Shown one piece after another: positions 1-11,300 of a DNA stretch of 64,000 bases. Positions within the stretch are counted from its first letter, which is position 1. Each line of letters begins with the position of its first letter. The DNA lies in assembly GCA_012295275.1 (NCBI GenBank), contig CM022670.1, positions 2,480,001 through 2,544,000 on the forward strand, in the 5' to 3' direction. The notes under the pieces were generated by a model. The model had not been told where the DNA came from and ran no database searches. It worked only from the letters and a program-made list of their open reading frames with translations. Made by a program: the position numbers and the translations under genes. The stretch is from Chrysomallon squamiferum. Its lineage: Eukaryota; Animalia; Mollusca.

Positions 1-88
1 GTGAGATATTTTTTGCTCGTTTCTACACCTCTGCAGTTATATTTTTCATTAATGTAAACATTTATTAATTTAAATTATCCTTTTCAGT

Positions 89-91
<3 letters not shown>

Positions 92-156
<65 letters not shown>
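92..156. repeat. (AT)n microsatellite
   Basis: Directly visible. Confidence 0.97.
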
Positions 157-160
<4 letters not shown>

Positions 161-1088
161 CAGCTAAAATTGACATAATTATTTATTAAATTTATAAATA
201 CTATGTAACAGGGTGAAATGGTTCTAAAAACAACAACCTGCTCACAATTTTAGTGTTTTCAATGATTTGAAGTGGGTTTTTTTTTTGACCAGGAGTGAAA
301 CATATTTTCTGTCTGTTATAATCTAGCTTGTGTACCAACATACTCACTTCCTTCACAAAATATTTCTACAACGGGATCAAAATAATCTGCAAATTAATTT
401 CTATTATTTCACGAGTTTATTCAGTTTTTACGAAATGTATCCACATATTTCACATACACCTATGTCACAAAATGTACTGCCATCATTAAAGTGCTAGCTA
501 TTTCACTGCAGATAATACGTATTAACACATATTCTTTCCTTTCTTCTTTTTCTTTTTCGTCGACCGCTCAGGCAGGGACCCAGTAGCTCAAACAAACGCT
601 GCTGCACTCTGTAGGTTTACCATGAGTCCTGAAATGTTTCTCCTTCGGGATTTGCCTGAAGGCGAGACTGCTGTTCTCTGATTCTTTCAGGTGGGACGAT
701 GTTGCTGACGATGTTCCTCTGACACAAAGGCTGTGCCTTACAGTGACATGTTTAGCGGCTCCCATACTCAATATGTACACATATGACGGTTTAATCTACA
801 GTGACCTTTTCCTAGGCGTATCATTATCGCGTCATCTTCTCTTGAAAAACAGTAGTAGCTGACTCTGGTTTTAAAATCTGGCTGGTTTTGTTGCCATCGT
901 TTCTTGATTCTTTCCTTTCAAATTGCTCACATTAATAATTCTTATTAAAATAAACGTTTATAAAATGCATGCTTCTTTAGAAATCGACTGTACATCTGTG
1001 ACAGTTTATTTTCTTATGCATAATATTTTCACTGAACATCAAGTAAAAGTCATATTATCTTTCGCGAGTTTTTTAAATTTTATTTCAG

Positions 1089-1461
1089 AACTGTCAGCTT
1101 TAAAAACTGACCAGAGAGGTCGAAGCTTTCTTATCGCCTTTCCGGAAAAGGACAACGATGTAAAAGACCAACGTTATCGTAGTTACGTCAGAAGATGACG
1201 CTGTTGTCTATGTCAAGTTAGCCGGACAGGAGACTGAGGAATACGAGGTTGAGGCCATGGGGACGGTGCATATTCCATTTCCACGTCAGCCCACACTGAT
1301 CTCAGACAGTCAGATTCACGAAAACACAGCACTCATAGTTGCTTCAGCAAAAGTATCTGTGTATGGCTATGCTATAGGAAACGAATCAGTTGGCGGATTT
1401 TTGGCTTTTCCTATAGAAAGTTTGGACACAAAATACCTCGTTGTTGGAAAGAGCGATGGAG
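1089..1461 (+). CDS. IgGFc-binding (FCGBP N-terminal) domain membrane protein, first visible coding exon, with an apparent +1 frameshift near 1162-1165
   Basis: Acceptor tatttcag|1089 and donor G|GTGAGT at 1462. Reads LSALKTDQRGRSFLIAFPEKDNDVK (typical 'D..G..F..AF.E' domain start), then continues in the +1 frame as KTNVIVVTSEDDAVVYVKL...VSVYGYAIGNESVGGFLAFPIESLDTKYLVVGKSDG (typical 'S..GFLA.P...L...Y.V' motif). Confidence 0.8.
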
Positions 1462-1537
1462 GTGAGTGACAGCTGAGCTGAAACAATCCCTTTCTCCTAC
1501 TTTCTTTTTTCTTTTTCATTTTATCTCTTTATCTCTG

Positions 1538-1538
<1 letters not shown>

Positions 1539-1596
<58 letters not shown>
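1539..1596. repeat. (CA)n microsatellite in the 164-nt intron of the IgGFc-domain gene
   Basis: Directly visible. It produces the spurious HTHTHT N-terminus of ORF 1466..2455. Confidence 0.97.
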
Positions 1597-1597
<1 letters not shown>

Positions 1598-1625
1598 GTC
1601 CACTCACGCAATCTCTGTCTTCCAG

Positions 1626-2435
1626 GTGCAAGTCAGCTTGCTGTGGCAGCTGTTGAAGATAACACTGAGGTATCCATTACAATGAGGACAAGCAGCATCA
1701 CGAAGTGTGGACGTGCAGCAGTGAAGAACGGTGAGATATTGAAATTCAGACTAAACAAGCGTCAAGCTCTGCACTTGGACTGCAGCAGTGACACGTCTGG
1801 AACACTGATACAAGCTGACAAACCAGTTGCAGTGTTTTCTGGTAGTTCCGTCAATGAAGTCATCGAAATGATGCCACCGGTCAAGAATTACGGTAAGGAA
1901 TACATTCTTTATCCGATTTTAGGCACAAACAGAGAAACTGTATACAGGATTCTAGCAGTAAGTGACAACACCACAGTCTCTAATTCATTATGGACGCACA
2001 AACTTGGCAGTCAGGATTTCGTGGACGTTACCATTAAGGAAACCGACTACACGTGTTTCAAGAGTACGAAACCAGTAATGGTTGCTCAGTTCACGAAAAA
2101 CCAAAATGGCGGCGACATTTTGACAATTCTTCCAAGTGTAGACCATTTCGCTGCAGATTACATCATGGATACATCGGTGGGAAGTTTTTTGAGGAATGTG
2201 ACCGCTTATGTGACAGCAATAATACCAGAAACCACCCACATTGAGCTGAACTTCATGCCGTTGTCTGCTATGCACGACATCGCGGAATGCCAGCATCGAG
2301 TGGGCACCGCTGAAATACCCCGAGGAATCATCAGACTGTCCCAGTCTAACGGGTCTCCTTTTGGAATAATAGCATACGGATTTGGAAAAGAAGAAATGTA
2401 CAGCTTTCCCGCTGGTTTGACTTTTGATACTCTCG
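1626..2435 (+). CDS. IgGFc-binding domain membrane protein, main domain exon
   Basis: Acceptor cttccag|1626 and donor G|GTAAGT at 2436, phase 1 at both ends. Family motifs: SQLAVAAVEDNTEV, DTSGTLIQADKPVAVFSG, IEMMPPVKNYGKEY, YRILAVSDNTTV, STKPVMVAQF, PFGIIAYGFGKEEMYSFPAG. Confidence 0.92.
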
Positions 2436-2689
2436 GTAAGTACCGTCACAGATAAAACAATGTATTTGGGCAAATGGCATTAACAATAAATAAATGCATA
2501 TAATATATCATTAACATTATCACTAAATATTTAAAGACAGATCATTTAGGTGTGAAACTGTACATATTTTGCGTTTGCCCAGTATCTCAAAATTGTATCT
2601 CATGTTTTCGTTCTTTCATTTTATTTATTTATTTTATTTATCTGTTTATTTGTGTCTTGTTTATTATATTTTAAAATTTTGTTTATCAG

Positions 2690-2809
2690 GTGAAAACCAA
2701 TGTGAAAATGTTCTCTGCAAAAACAAAGGACTTTGTTATGAAATCCACGGAACTTACGAATGTTTCTGTCCAAGAAATTACACTGGAAGACATTGTGAAT
2801 TTGAATTTA
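2690..2809 (+). CDS. EGF-like domain exon of the IgGFc-binding domain protein
   Basis: Acceptor tttatcag|2690 and donor A|GTAAGT at 2810. This 120-nt phase 1-1 exon encodes ENQCENVLCKNKGLCYEIHGTYECFCPRNYTGRHCEFEF, with six Cys in EGF spacing. Confidence 0.93.
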
Positions 2810-3618
2810 GTAAGTAAACAATACAGCATCAGCAACAAAACATATGTAAATGCGCTAATACAAGCTGCTGAAACATCAACCGATTTCACATTCTAATAGG
2901 GGAAAGAACAGGTCCGGAAAACCGCGAATGTAAACATTAACCTAACATTTCCCGAAACACCAAACTTTAGTGCATAAAACAGTAATGTAATAATGTAATA
3001 ACAATGTACAGACGTAAAAACAAGGTAAAAAAAAAAAAATGTCAAACAATATTTGTAAAGAAAAATGTAGAGTAGAAAAATGTAGACTGATTGATGTTTG
3101 TTGGGTTATTAAGATGGTTATGGCATGGATACAGCCGTCAAATCTACTCTTACCTTGGGTTGAGACAGGGTTTCCGTGATTGTATAGTTGAACTCAGAAT
3201 GACTTAATAGTATCTAGAGCTATGGTTTCAAGTGCAAAATAAAGGTAAATTCACCATTTGTGATTTTTCCAGGTTTGGTCCGAATTTCCAGTAATACGGA
3301 AAACCGAAGTCTATTAAATCGAGGGTCAACAAACAGTTTATAAAAAAAATTATATTAGAGTTCTTTCGTTGATAGTATTTAGGAATACTCTCATCATAAA
3401 TATATACCTTTTCTAATACTTGAATATATACTGTATTTATTTTTTTCCATTGCTTCGGTTCTGATTAATTTTGAATTAATTTAGTTACATTTTAATTATA
3501 CACATTAACTGAAAAAAGAGAAAAAGTTAGTGTTGCTAATTTTATTCTATATGTATTTACTTTGTAATCTTTATGTGTTAACATTTACGATATATCGTTC
3601 TTTATAATTGTTGTCCAG

Positions 3619-4082
3619 ATCATAGTGCGGAGTTTTCACGAACCACAGAATCGCCTCAAGTCTCGACTCCAAACTGTGAATGTAAGTGCGCCAATATCAC
3701 ATGGGAGGAAGTATACGAAAAGGCAGACGAAGTGAAAAAGGAGCTAACTGTGGACAAAACAGTTCTGTCGAAACAGAAGAGAAGAAAGGTCACGGCGGAA
3801 GATACAAGACCTTCGTCTACTGGTGTGGGATATGTAGGAGCGACGATCCTAATCTCCGTGTTTGGCTCAATATTTTTGATGGACTTTATGTCTGTGGTGC
3901 GCTATTTTTTCTGGAGAATCAGAGAATCGCGCGAAAACAAACCGCAACGTACTGGTTCCGGTTTCAGTTTCAGACGTAAACACTTACTGCATGTACGCCC
4001 AGAAGGAATAGTGTTGCATATGATGGATCGAGGTTCACGAACGGCTGATTCTTGTAACCCTGCTACTCCTGTTGGAAATTAG
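3619..4082 (+). CDS. Terminal exon: S/T linker, CxCxC, basic juxtamembrane motif, TM helix and cytoplasmic tail
   Basis: Acceptor ttgtccag|3619 is in phase with the EGF exon. Reads NHSAEFSRTTESPQVSTPNCECKCANITWEEVYEKADEVKKELTVDKTVLSKQKRRKVTAEDTRPSSTGVGYVGATILISVFGSIFLMDFMSVVRYFFWR... to TAG at 4080-4082. Confidence 0.88.
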
Positions 4083-4500
4083 TTTTACATTTAAATACAG
4101 CGTAATATGAAAAAAAAAAAAATTATTTCCTTTGTAACACACCACATACATACAGACACACACACTTTAATGCTTTATTTATTTCTGAAAAACAATTATC
4201 AACGCCAAAAAAGAACTGAATTAAACTTATTCGTTTTGATGCAAGCAAAAAGCCTACAAAGACTGTTCATTAACTCTACAGCCACCAGATTATTAATGAT
4301 TAATAAGAGTTTCTTCCCTTGGTCCACTATGTCGTGATTCACACATTCTAACGAACATTATTATTATTATTATTATTATTATTTTATTTTATTTTATTTT
4401 ATTTTATTTTATTATTTATTTTATGTATGTATATTTTATTTTTTAATTATTTTTTATTTTATTATATTTTCAGAAATCATTAAACGTAAATGTACAGAAA

Positions 4501-4506
4501 AATAAA
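4501..4506 (+). promoter_or_regulatory. Candidate polyadenylation signal of the IgGFc-domain gene
   Basis: AATAAA about 420 nt after the stop codon. Other AATAAA hexamers lie nearby, so the choice is uncertain. Confidence 0.3.
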
Positions 4507-5184
4507 TCTGGATGAAAATCACATGTGATTCGTACAGAAATTGTTAAGCATTCATTAAAAACACATTCTTGACAGACAATATCATGATTCCCTGATAATT
4601 GATAATAAAAACAACAACAAAAATATTAATGATTATAATAAAACTTGGTTTTACCCAAAGCAATAAATGCATATGTAGTTATTACGACACAATATCTCTC
4701 TCTCTCTCTCTAACATTTTGACTTCTAGTACGAGATTTTAATAAAGCTTTAACACTTTAGTTCTTATTTAGAATTTTGTTTTCATTACATTAATTCAATC
4801 TGTTACCGAACTGGAAGATTATTCTTTACCAATTATAATCTATATAATAAACATTTCTGCGTCCTTCAAATGAAATCTAAAAAAATTGCGACATTAAAAT
4901 TGTCATTCTTGTAAACAAGTCATAGATGATGACCATTTAAAATGGAGAACATGATATTTGAAATAATTCGACAACTGTCACTGAAAATCTTGGATAATTA
5001 ATTGGTATGTACACGCGTGTACGGTAACAATTCTTACTGTAAAAATAGTAATAAAATTTATTACTAATCATTTAGTGTATTTGTGCATTACCGGAGGATT
5101 TATATAAATTTCAAACTTGCAATGTACCAAAAAATAAATCGTTGTTTAAGTAGAACTGAATGTTTAATTGTTAATCCAGAGAAA

Positions 5185-5236
<52 letters not shown>

Positions 5237-6292
5237 TTTTTCTTTTTGCATACATTAAAAATATGAAGGATAAAGTCCAAAATCTCTTGACCAATATATT
5301 TTAAGATAAGAACTAGCGCAAATGCCACAAACTCTTAATAAGTAAAGAAAAAAGTCCTAACGAGATTTGATCTTAGAAGATCATGCTTCCTGGAAACCGC
5401 AATAAAAAATCCCGGTTTGTTTCAAATATAATAGATACGACATTCTTTCTTGTCAAAACAGATCAGCGGTGACAAAGAAAACACAATTAAAACTTCAGAA
5501 ACCAAAACAACATCAAATTCCCACATACACTCGAGTCAGGAACATACATTTCCTGCCCCGTAATTAATGAAACGTTAATTGTAATCAATAAATTCTAGTC
5601 TTAACTGCCAGAAAGTAGATAAGACACGAGTATTAGACATAACATTGCACATCAGAAATGGCTTTTGTTTTATCCATTTTGAATCATTTCGTTTCGTTCC
5701 GTGGCCCTTAACCCTCTTGGTGTCAGAGGTCAAAATGGCTACGTGCCCGGATGTGTGTTAGGCGGGTGTATTTTGTTGTCTGCGCGGCACGTTTGACTGT
5801 AAAACGAGACAGAAAACACGATAGTAATTGACAGAATTACGCGGACTGGGCACAAATAGTTTGATAGAACGTATTATTCAGTGAATTCATACTCGGGCTT
5901 TTAATTAGAAAGGAAATGAATCCATTCGCAAGCTGTCACCGTAGCTAATTTGTTAGTTATTGTTTTGCACTTGTTTTAAAGTGACCTCGCTTAAAGACCT
6001 GCGCCCTCTGACAAGTGCCAGATTAGTAAGGTCATGTTAAAAGATAAGACACCTACGCGGTTTGAAAATGAGAACGTGTACGATGTAACCATTCGTTGTT
6101 TTCTCCACTTTAAATGTAGTGGGCATAATTTATCGGAGTAGGATGAAAAAAAATAAAAAAAATTCTTGTTAAGTTCAAACAGCACTCGAGTGAAGTTTCA
6201 AATTTCTTTTCCTTCCATCTTAAATTTGAATTCGAATAGAAACGATTTGTATATATATATGTATATATAGACAGACACACAGGCAGACAGAC

Positions 6293-6297
<5 letters not shown>

Positions 6298-6383
<86 letters not shown>
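6298..6383. repeat. (GA)n microsatellite, representative of many GA/TC tracts (also near 8310, 15984, 18427, 20579, 26038, 27737, 34501, 43186, 44852, 49781, 54976)
   Basis: Directly visible. Confidence 0.97.
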
Positions 6384-6387
<4 letters not shown>

Positions 6388-7528
6388 AATGTGTTTTCCT
6401 TGTTTCTCACTTAAATTTTTATTATTTATCACTTTTCCAGACAGACAATTTAAAAGTGAAACAACAGAATCTGGCAAAGACATCAGCAACACCAAATGCA
6501 CTTAAGAAACAATGGAGAAAACAGGAATTCTGTAATTGCTAATGTTGTCGTCGTCGACTTCATGCTCAGTTGTTGTTGTTGTATTATTATTATTATTGCT
6601 ATTGTTGTTATTATTATGAAAAACTGTTAACAACAATTCTACGATCTTGTAATCACCTGTATAATTATTACCATTTCTTCATTCATTCTCTCGTTTACTT
6701 TTCTAAATTAATTATTTCTTCCTTCTATGTTTCCACAAATATAAAATAACTTCTTTTTTTTTTCCTTACACAAACAATCATTATTATTTTTTCCACTTTC
6801 ATTTTCATATTAGATGACATTATTCAGTCTTATTGGCTTCGCTAATATTTTCTTTTTGTTTCTTTTGGCACCTGCTTTGTGGCATTCACACACGACAAAC
6901 CGTACAGAAAACAAAACTGATATTCTGGAACGTATCGAAAGACTTTTTTTTATTATTATTTTTTTAATGCTTTTGTTCTTCGTTTTCCTTTTGGCATAAT
7001 CCACATCTTCATTTCACTTACCAAGATGTTGCTAACGCAGCCAATCAAAAACAACATACTGATGCAATGAAGAAAAAAAAAAAAAAAAAAAAAAAACCAG
7101 AAAAGAAAGAGAACAACATATTTCCCTCTCCCGTCCCACAAACTTATCATTAGTAAAAACACATCTCAAAAGCGCTTTGAGTGCCAAGAAACAAATTAAA
7201 TGTTCGCGGCGAATGGTTCTGGCAGTGATGTTTCGCAATATTATTACCGTAATTATGACTAAATATTGCATCGGAAGAAATAATGCGAACATTCATATGA
7301 CTTCAAAACAATCTCGACTGTAAGAAATCAATAAAAACTGGCCTCCCCACTGTTCAACGAGAGCAAAAGCTTGTCAATTCCCCTTGAAGTCGGCGATAAT
7401 CGTACAAAAATAAACGACGAAATGGGAACCAGAGCGCAACGTCTTAATAACTGTTTGCTACATTACTTGCTTCCACTTCGCTGTTAACACAACTTTTTCT
7501 TTCTTTTCCTAAGATGTTTCTGTTACTG

Positions 7529-7569
<41 letters not shown>

Positions 7570-8306
7570 CGCTCCCGTCTCGTTTGTTTCATTTGATCAT
7601 CATCATCATTATCATCATCATCATCATCATCAAAAATATTATTAATATCTACATGTATAATTATTCTTCTTCTTCTCGTTACATGTATTGTTATTACGAT
7701 CTTTATTATTATCACTGTTGTTGTCTTATTCATGTTATCAATACGACTGTTCGTTTTTACTTCTTTGTGTGTTTTCTTAATTATTGGTTTTTCGCTCAGA
7801 AACCGTCACATATGGCTCCGAATAATGTCTAACATTTTTTTTTTTTGGCAATTATTTCAGGAGAGATATGATATTAACACATGTGGAAATCATGCCGATT
7901 TAACTTACGTGTGTAGTCGCTTTCAAAGGATTCGCGGAATTGTCATAATTCCTAACCGCTAATCAGTTTGCGTTTATGGGTGTCGTTCGGCAGCACGTGC
8001 AGGCATGCGCGTTTAATTGACAGAGTCGTTCCTCGAGAGACAGAAATAACAAAGAGAAATGTGCTGCAGTGAATACCAAATACATCTCGTGCACATTTTT
8101 ATTTCTTTCTTTATGACAATTCTTTTCTTTATTTCTGAGCGTTTTGTTTCCTTTATTTTTTTCTCCGTGTTCTTCCATGCTTTATTTTTTTAGAAAGAGC
8201 TAAAAAAAAATTTCAGTTTCACTAATTTTTTCTTTTCTTTTTTAAATTATTTTTATTTTTATTTTATTTTGAAATAATATGTTATTTAATGCCAAAAAGA
8301 AACGCT

Positions 8307-8378
<72 letters not shown>

Positions 8379-11300
8379 GGTTGTTTCTTTTGTTTTAATG
8401 AAATGTTTTTCTTTATCAATTTTAATTCTAATATATTTCGCATGTTCACTGAGCTTTTTCCCGTTCCAGGAACTTACCTATCACTATTGTGTGATTTCAA
8501 GTCTTTGGGAAACTTCAAAGACAACGACTGAAACTTAACTCAGGTAATATATATAGATATTTTGTTAACAAAAGTTACTGATGCTGATTTTTCGTAAATG
8601 TAATACCCCAAAATAAAATCATTGAACATTTAAGACCATTTCGGACATCACTAATAGGTACGTACCTACGGACTGGTTAAAACAGTCGACAGACAATAAC
8701 TAAGGAATGCAAGGATCACGCACCTGAGTCAGGACACTGGTCAGTGATGGACAGTCTGCTTCGTGCCGAAATGGGGAAATAAAAATTCTTCACTTGCAGT
8801 ACAACAGACACAAACATTATATTTCACAGTAGCACTTGCAGCAATACGCATACAGCGAACTTTCGTACTTACAACCACAACAAACAGATGTTTCTACTTT
8901 GCTTTTGAAAAACAGACATTTCAAGCATGAAAAGTGATATTCCGTAGTATATACAAACGGTTTGGTGATTTTCCGTATGATGATAACTTTTAGAAATTAA
9001 TAAGCACAAACAGTGGAAAACAAGAGAGGAAGGATGCATTGACCTGTATTCTGTAACTTAAACCTGTGTATTGATACAACATGGACGTGTTCCCATATCG
9101 AAATTCCTTAGTGTATTTATGAGATGTTTCCATTAGGGAACAGATTATAAGTCAGTGTCATTATTCAACCATTGTAAAACGTGAAAAAGGGGAAAATGGA
9201 AAAAAGAAGAAGAAGAATATAATAATAAATAAACAAATAAATAAATAAATAACAACAAAACATTATATATATATATATAAAAGATCTACATGTTCCAAAT
9301 AATACCTTTAATTTGTTAATTCAAGCATAAATATTCCAGACACTTGTGTATTAACGTAAGTCCATATATTACAATATAAACATTTAAACGAAACATTTAT
9401 GACACAAAGTGAGGAAAAAGTTTTAAAAGAAGAAGAAAGAAGCATCATCTTTTCTGGCAATTTAAAAGCAGAATATTTTATAGCATTCATTTTCAATATT
9501 ACAATTTTTTTTTTATTTAATGTTAATGTATTGTTAAATATTTCACGTTTTTGAGGTGATTACATGAACACATACGTTGACACTTACAACACAAACATTT
9601 GTTCGTTTGTTTTGTTTAGAACATGTTCTTCAGACTGATTTCTTCACGATTACTTGAAGAGACGTTTATTGTGACATTAACTTACAAACGCGACTCTTTC
9701 ACACGTGTAACTACGACACAGAAGATAATGAGTTTTTTTTTTCTGCTGACAATTTCATGACAGATATAGCGACCTTTCGGACCGATAATTGCTTGCCTCA
9801 GACGATGATCCTCCGTTCTTGGACGCCTTTGTAACAAATACAGTCACTTCTGTCGATTACCAAATCGCAGAGCATGAAACATTGGAGTCAGATAGCGAAA
9901 AATGATCTGGGTCATCAAGTCATTTGCCAGACATTAATAGCACGCATTGTCAACAAGATGACTCTGCGATAGCCCAAACAGATTGGGATATTATTTGGGA
10001 TTAATATCACAATTTCTTCGACACTCATATTATGGCAAGAGGCTAAAAGGAACCCCGACGACGCCCCTGGGACAGGCAGAAATTAGCTATATGTAGTCGC
10101 GAGGAAAATATCATAAATGAAACAAGCGAGATGGAAACGAAACTACAGAACTGTCGAAATCTGTTTTGAATTGAAAATATAAGAGAAATAATCCCATACG
10201 GCTACGCATTCTCGATGGCGGGATGGTTTTCATTACGTGCAATAATTGTTAATCATTTGTACCACTCTTTGTTAAAGGCCCGTCTCGACAAAAAGTCGTT
10301 AGAGCCGAGTTCTGGTTGGAATTTATTCGCAATATGATGGTTAATTTTGCGAGATGTATGGGTTCATACTGGTCGCGTGTACATAAACCATGATAGCGTT
10401 TCACATCTGTTTCTACACGTGCAAAACAACTAGTATATAGACGTATTTGTTTTTTAATAAAACGCAACCGCTACGATGTTCTATTTGCACTCGTAACCAA
10501 TGAGCCGAGACGGGCATCGAAGTAAATGATAAAGGTTTTCAGGAACCGAAAACCAAAGAGCCGAAATTCTTTCGTTTCGTAGCATCTGTTAGTGTTTGTT
10601 TTAATAAGTATTGAGTTCATTAGGTCTCGTTTAACAAAACATACTGGTTCTTTGTTTACAGAGCAGTTACACAGAGAAAAAAGAGACTATGTTTAAAGAA
10701 TATAATAAATAAATAAAAATAATAAGAAAAAAACAATGATAATAAAATAAATAAAAAATAAAAACCCAGATAGAAATCACTGTAATTACAAATAAAATGT
10801 TGAAAATAAAATAAATGATAAAACAAACAAGCAAAAGCAAAGGTTTGAAACTGTTAATACTGTTATTATTACTGCAGCTACCTCTACTGCTCTTGCTGTG
10901 GCCATCACCATCATCATCATCATGAGCAGCAGCAACAACTGCAGCATCACCAACATAAGTAATAAAAATCATCATCATCATCATTTAAAATTACGAGTTT
11001 TAAGACATTACAGGCAATAATTAAAAACATATACCTAGCAAGATGCATTTTCACAGCTCTTTACAACTGAGATACACTTTGATGTTTTCCAGTGCAATGC
11101 AAAACTTCTCGTGGCTTTTATCTTAAAATTTTAACTTCTGCAAATTTAATAATGTCTGTTTCATGTTTCAAACAAGATTATTATTTGCAGACATTCTGAA
11201 TATAAACATAAGCATTTTGTAGTTATTTTACGAAAGTACACATTAAAAAAAAAAAAAAAAAAAAAAGGAAAGCAGAAAAAGAACAAACTCTTTCTTACTT

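Noticed and set aside
1466-1625. N-terminal part of ORF 1466..2455 (His/Thr repeat)
   Set aside because: It is read-through of intron 1462-1625 containing a (CA)n tract. True coding starts at the acceptor at 1626.
1988-2473. 161-aa minus-strand ORF
   Set aside because: Antisense shadow of the IgGFc-domain exon, with no independent features.
5009-5022. Perfect 14-bp palindrome GTACACGCGTGTAC (also TAGGTACGTACCTA at 8655-8668)
   Set aside because: A few 14-bp palindromes are expected by chance in 64 kb, and there is no supporting context.
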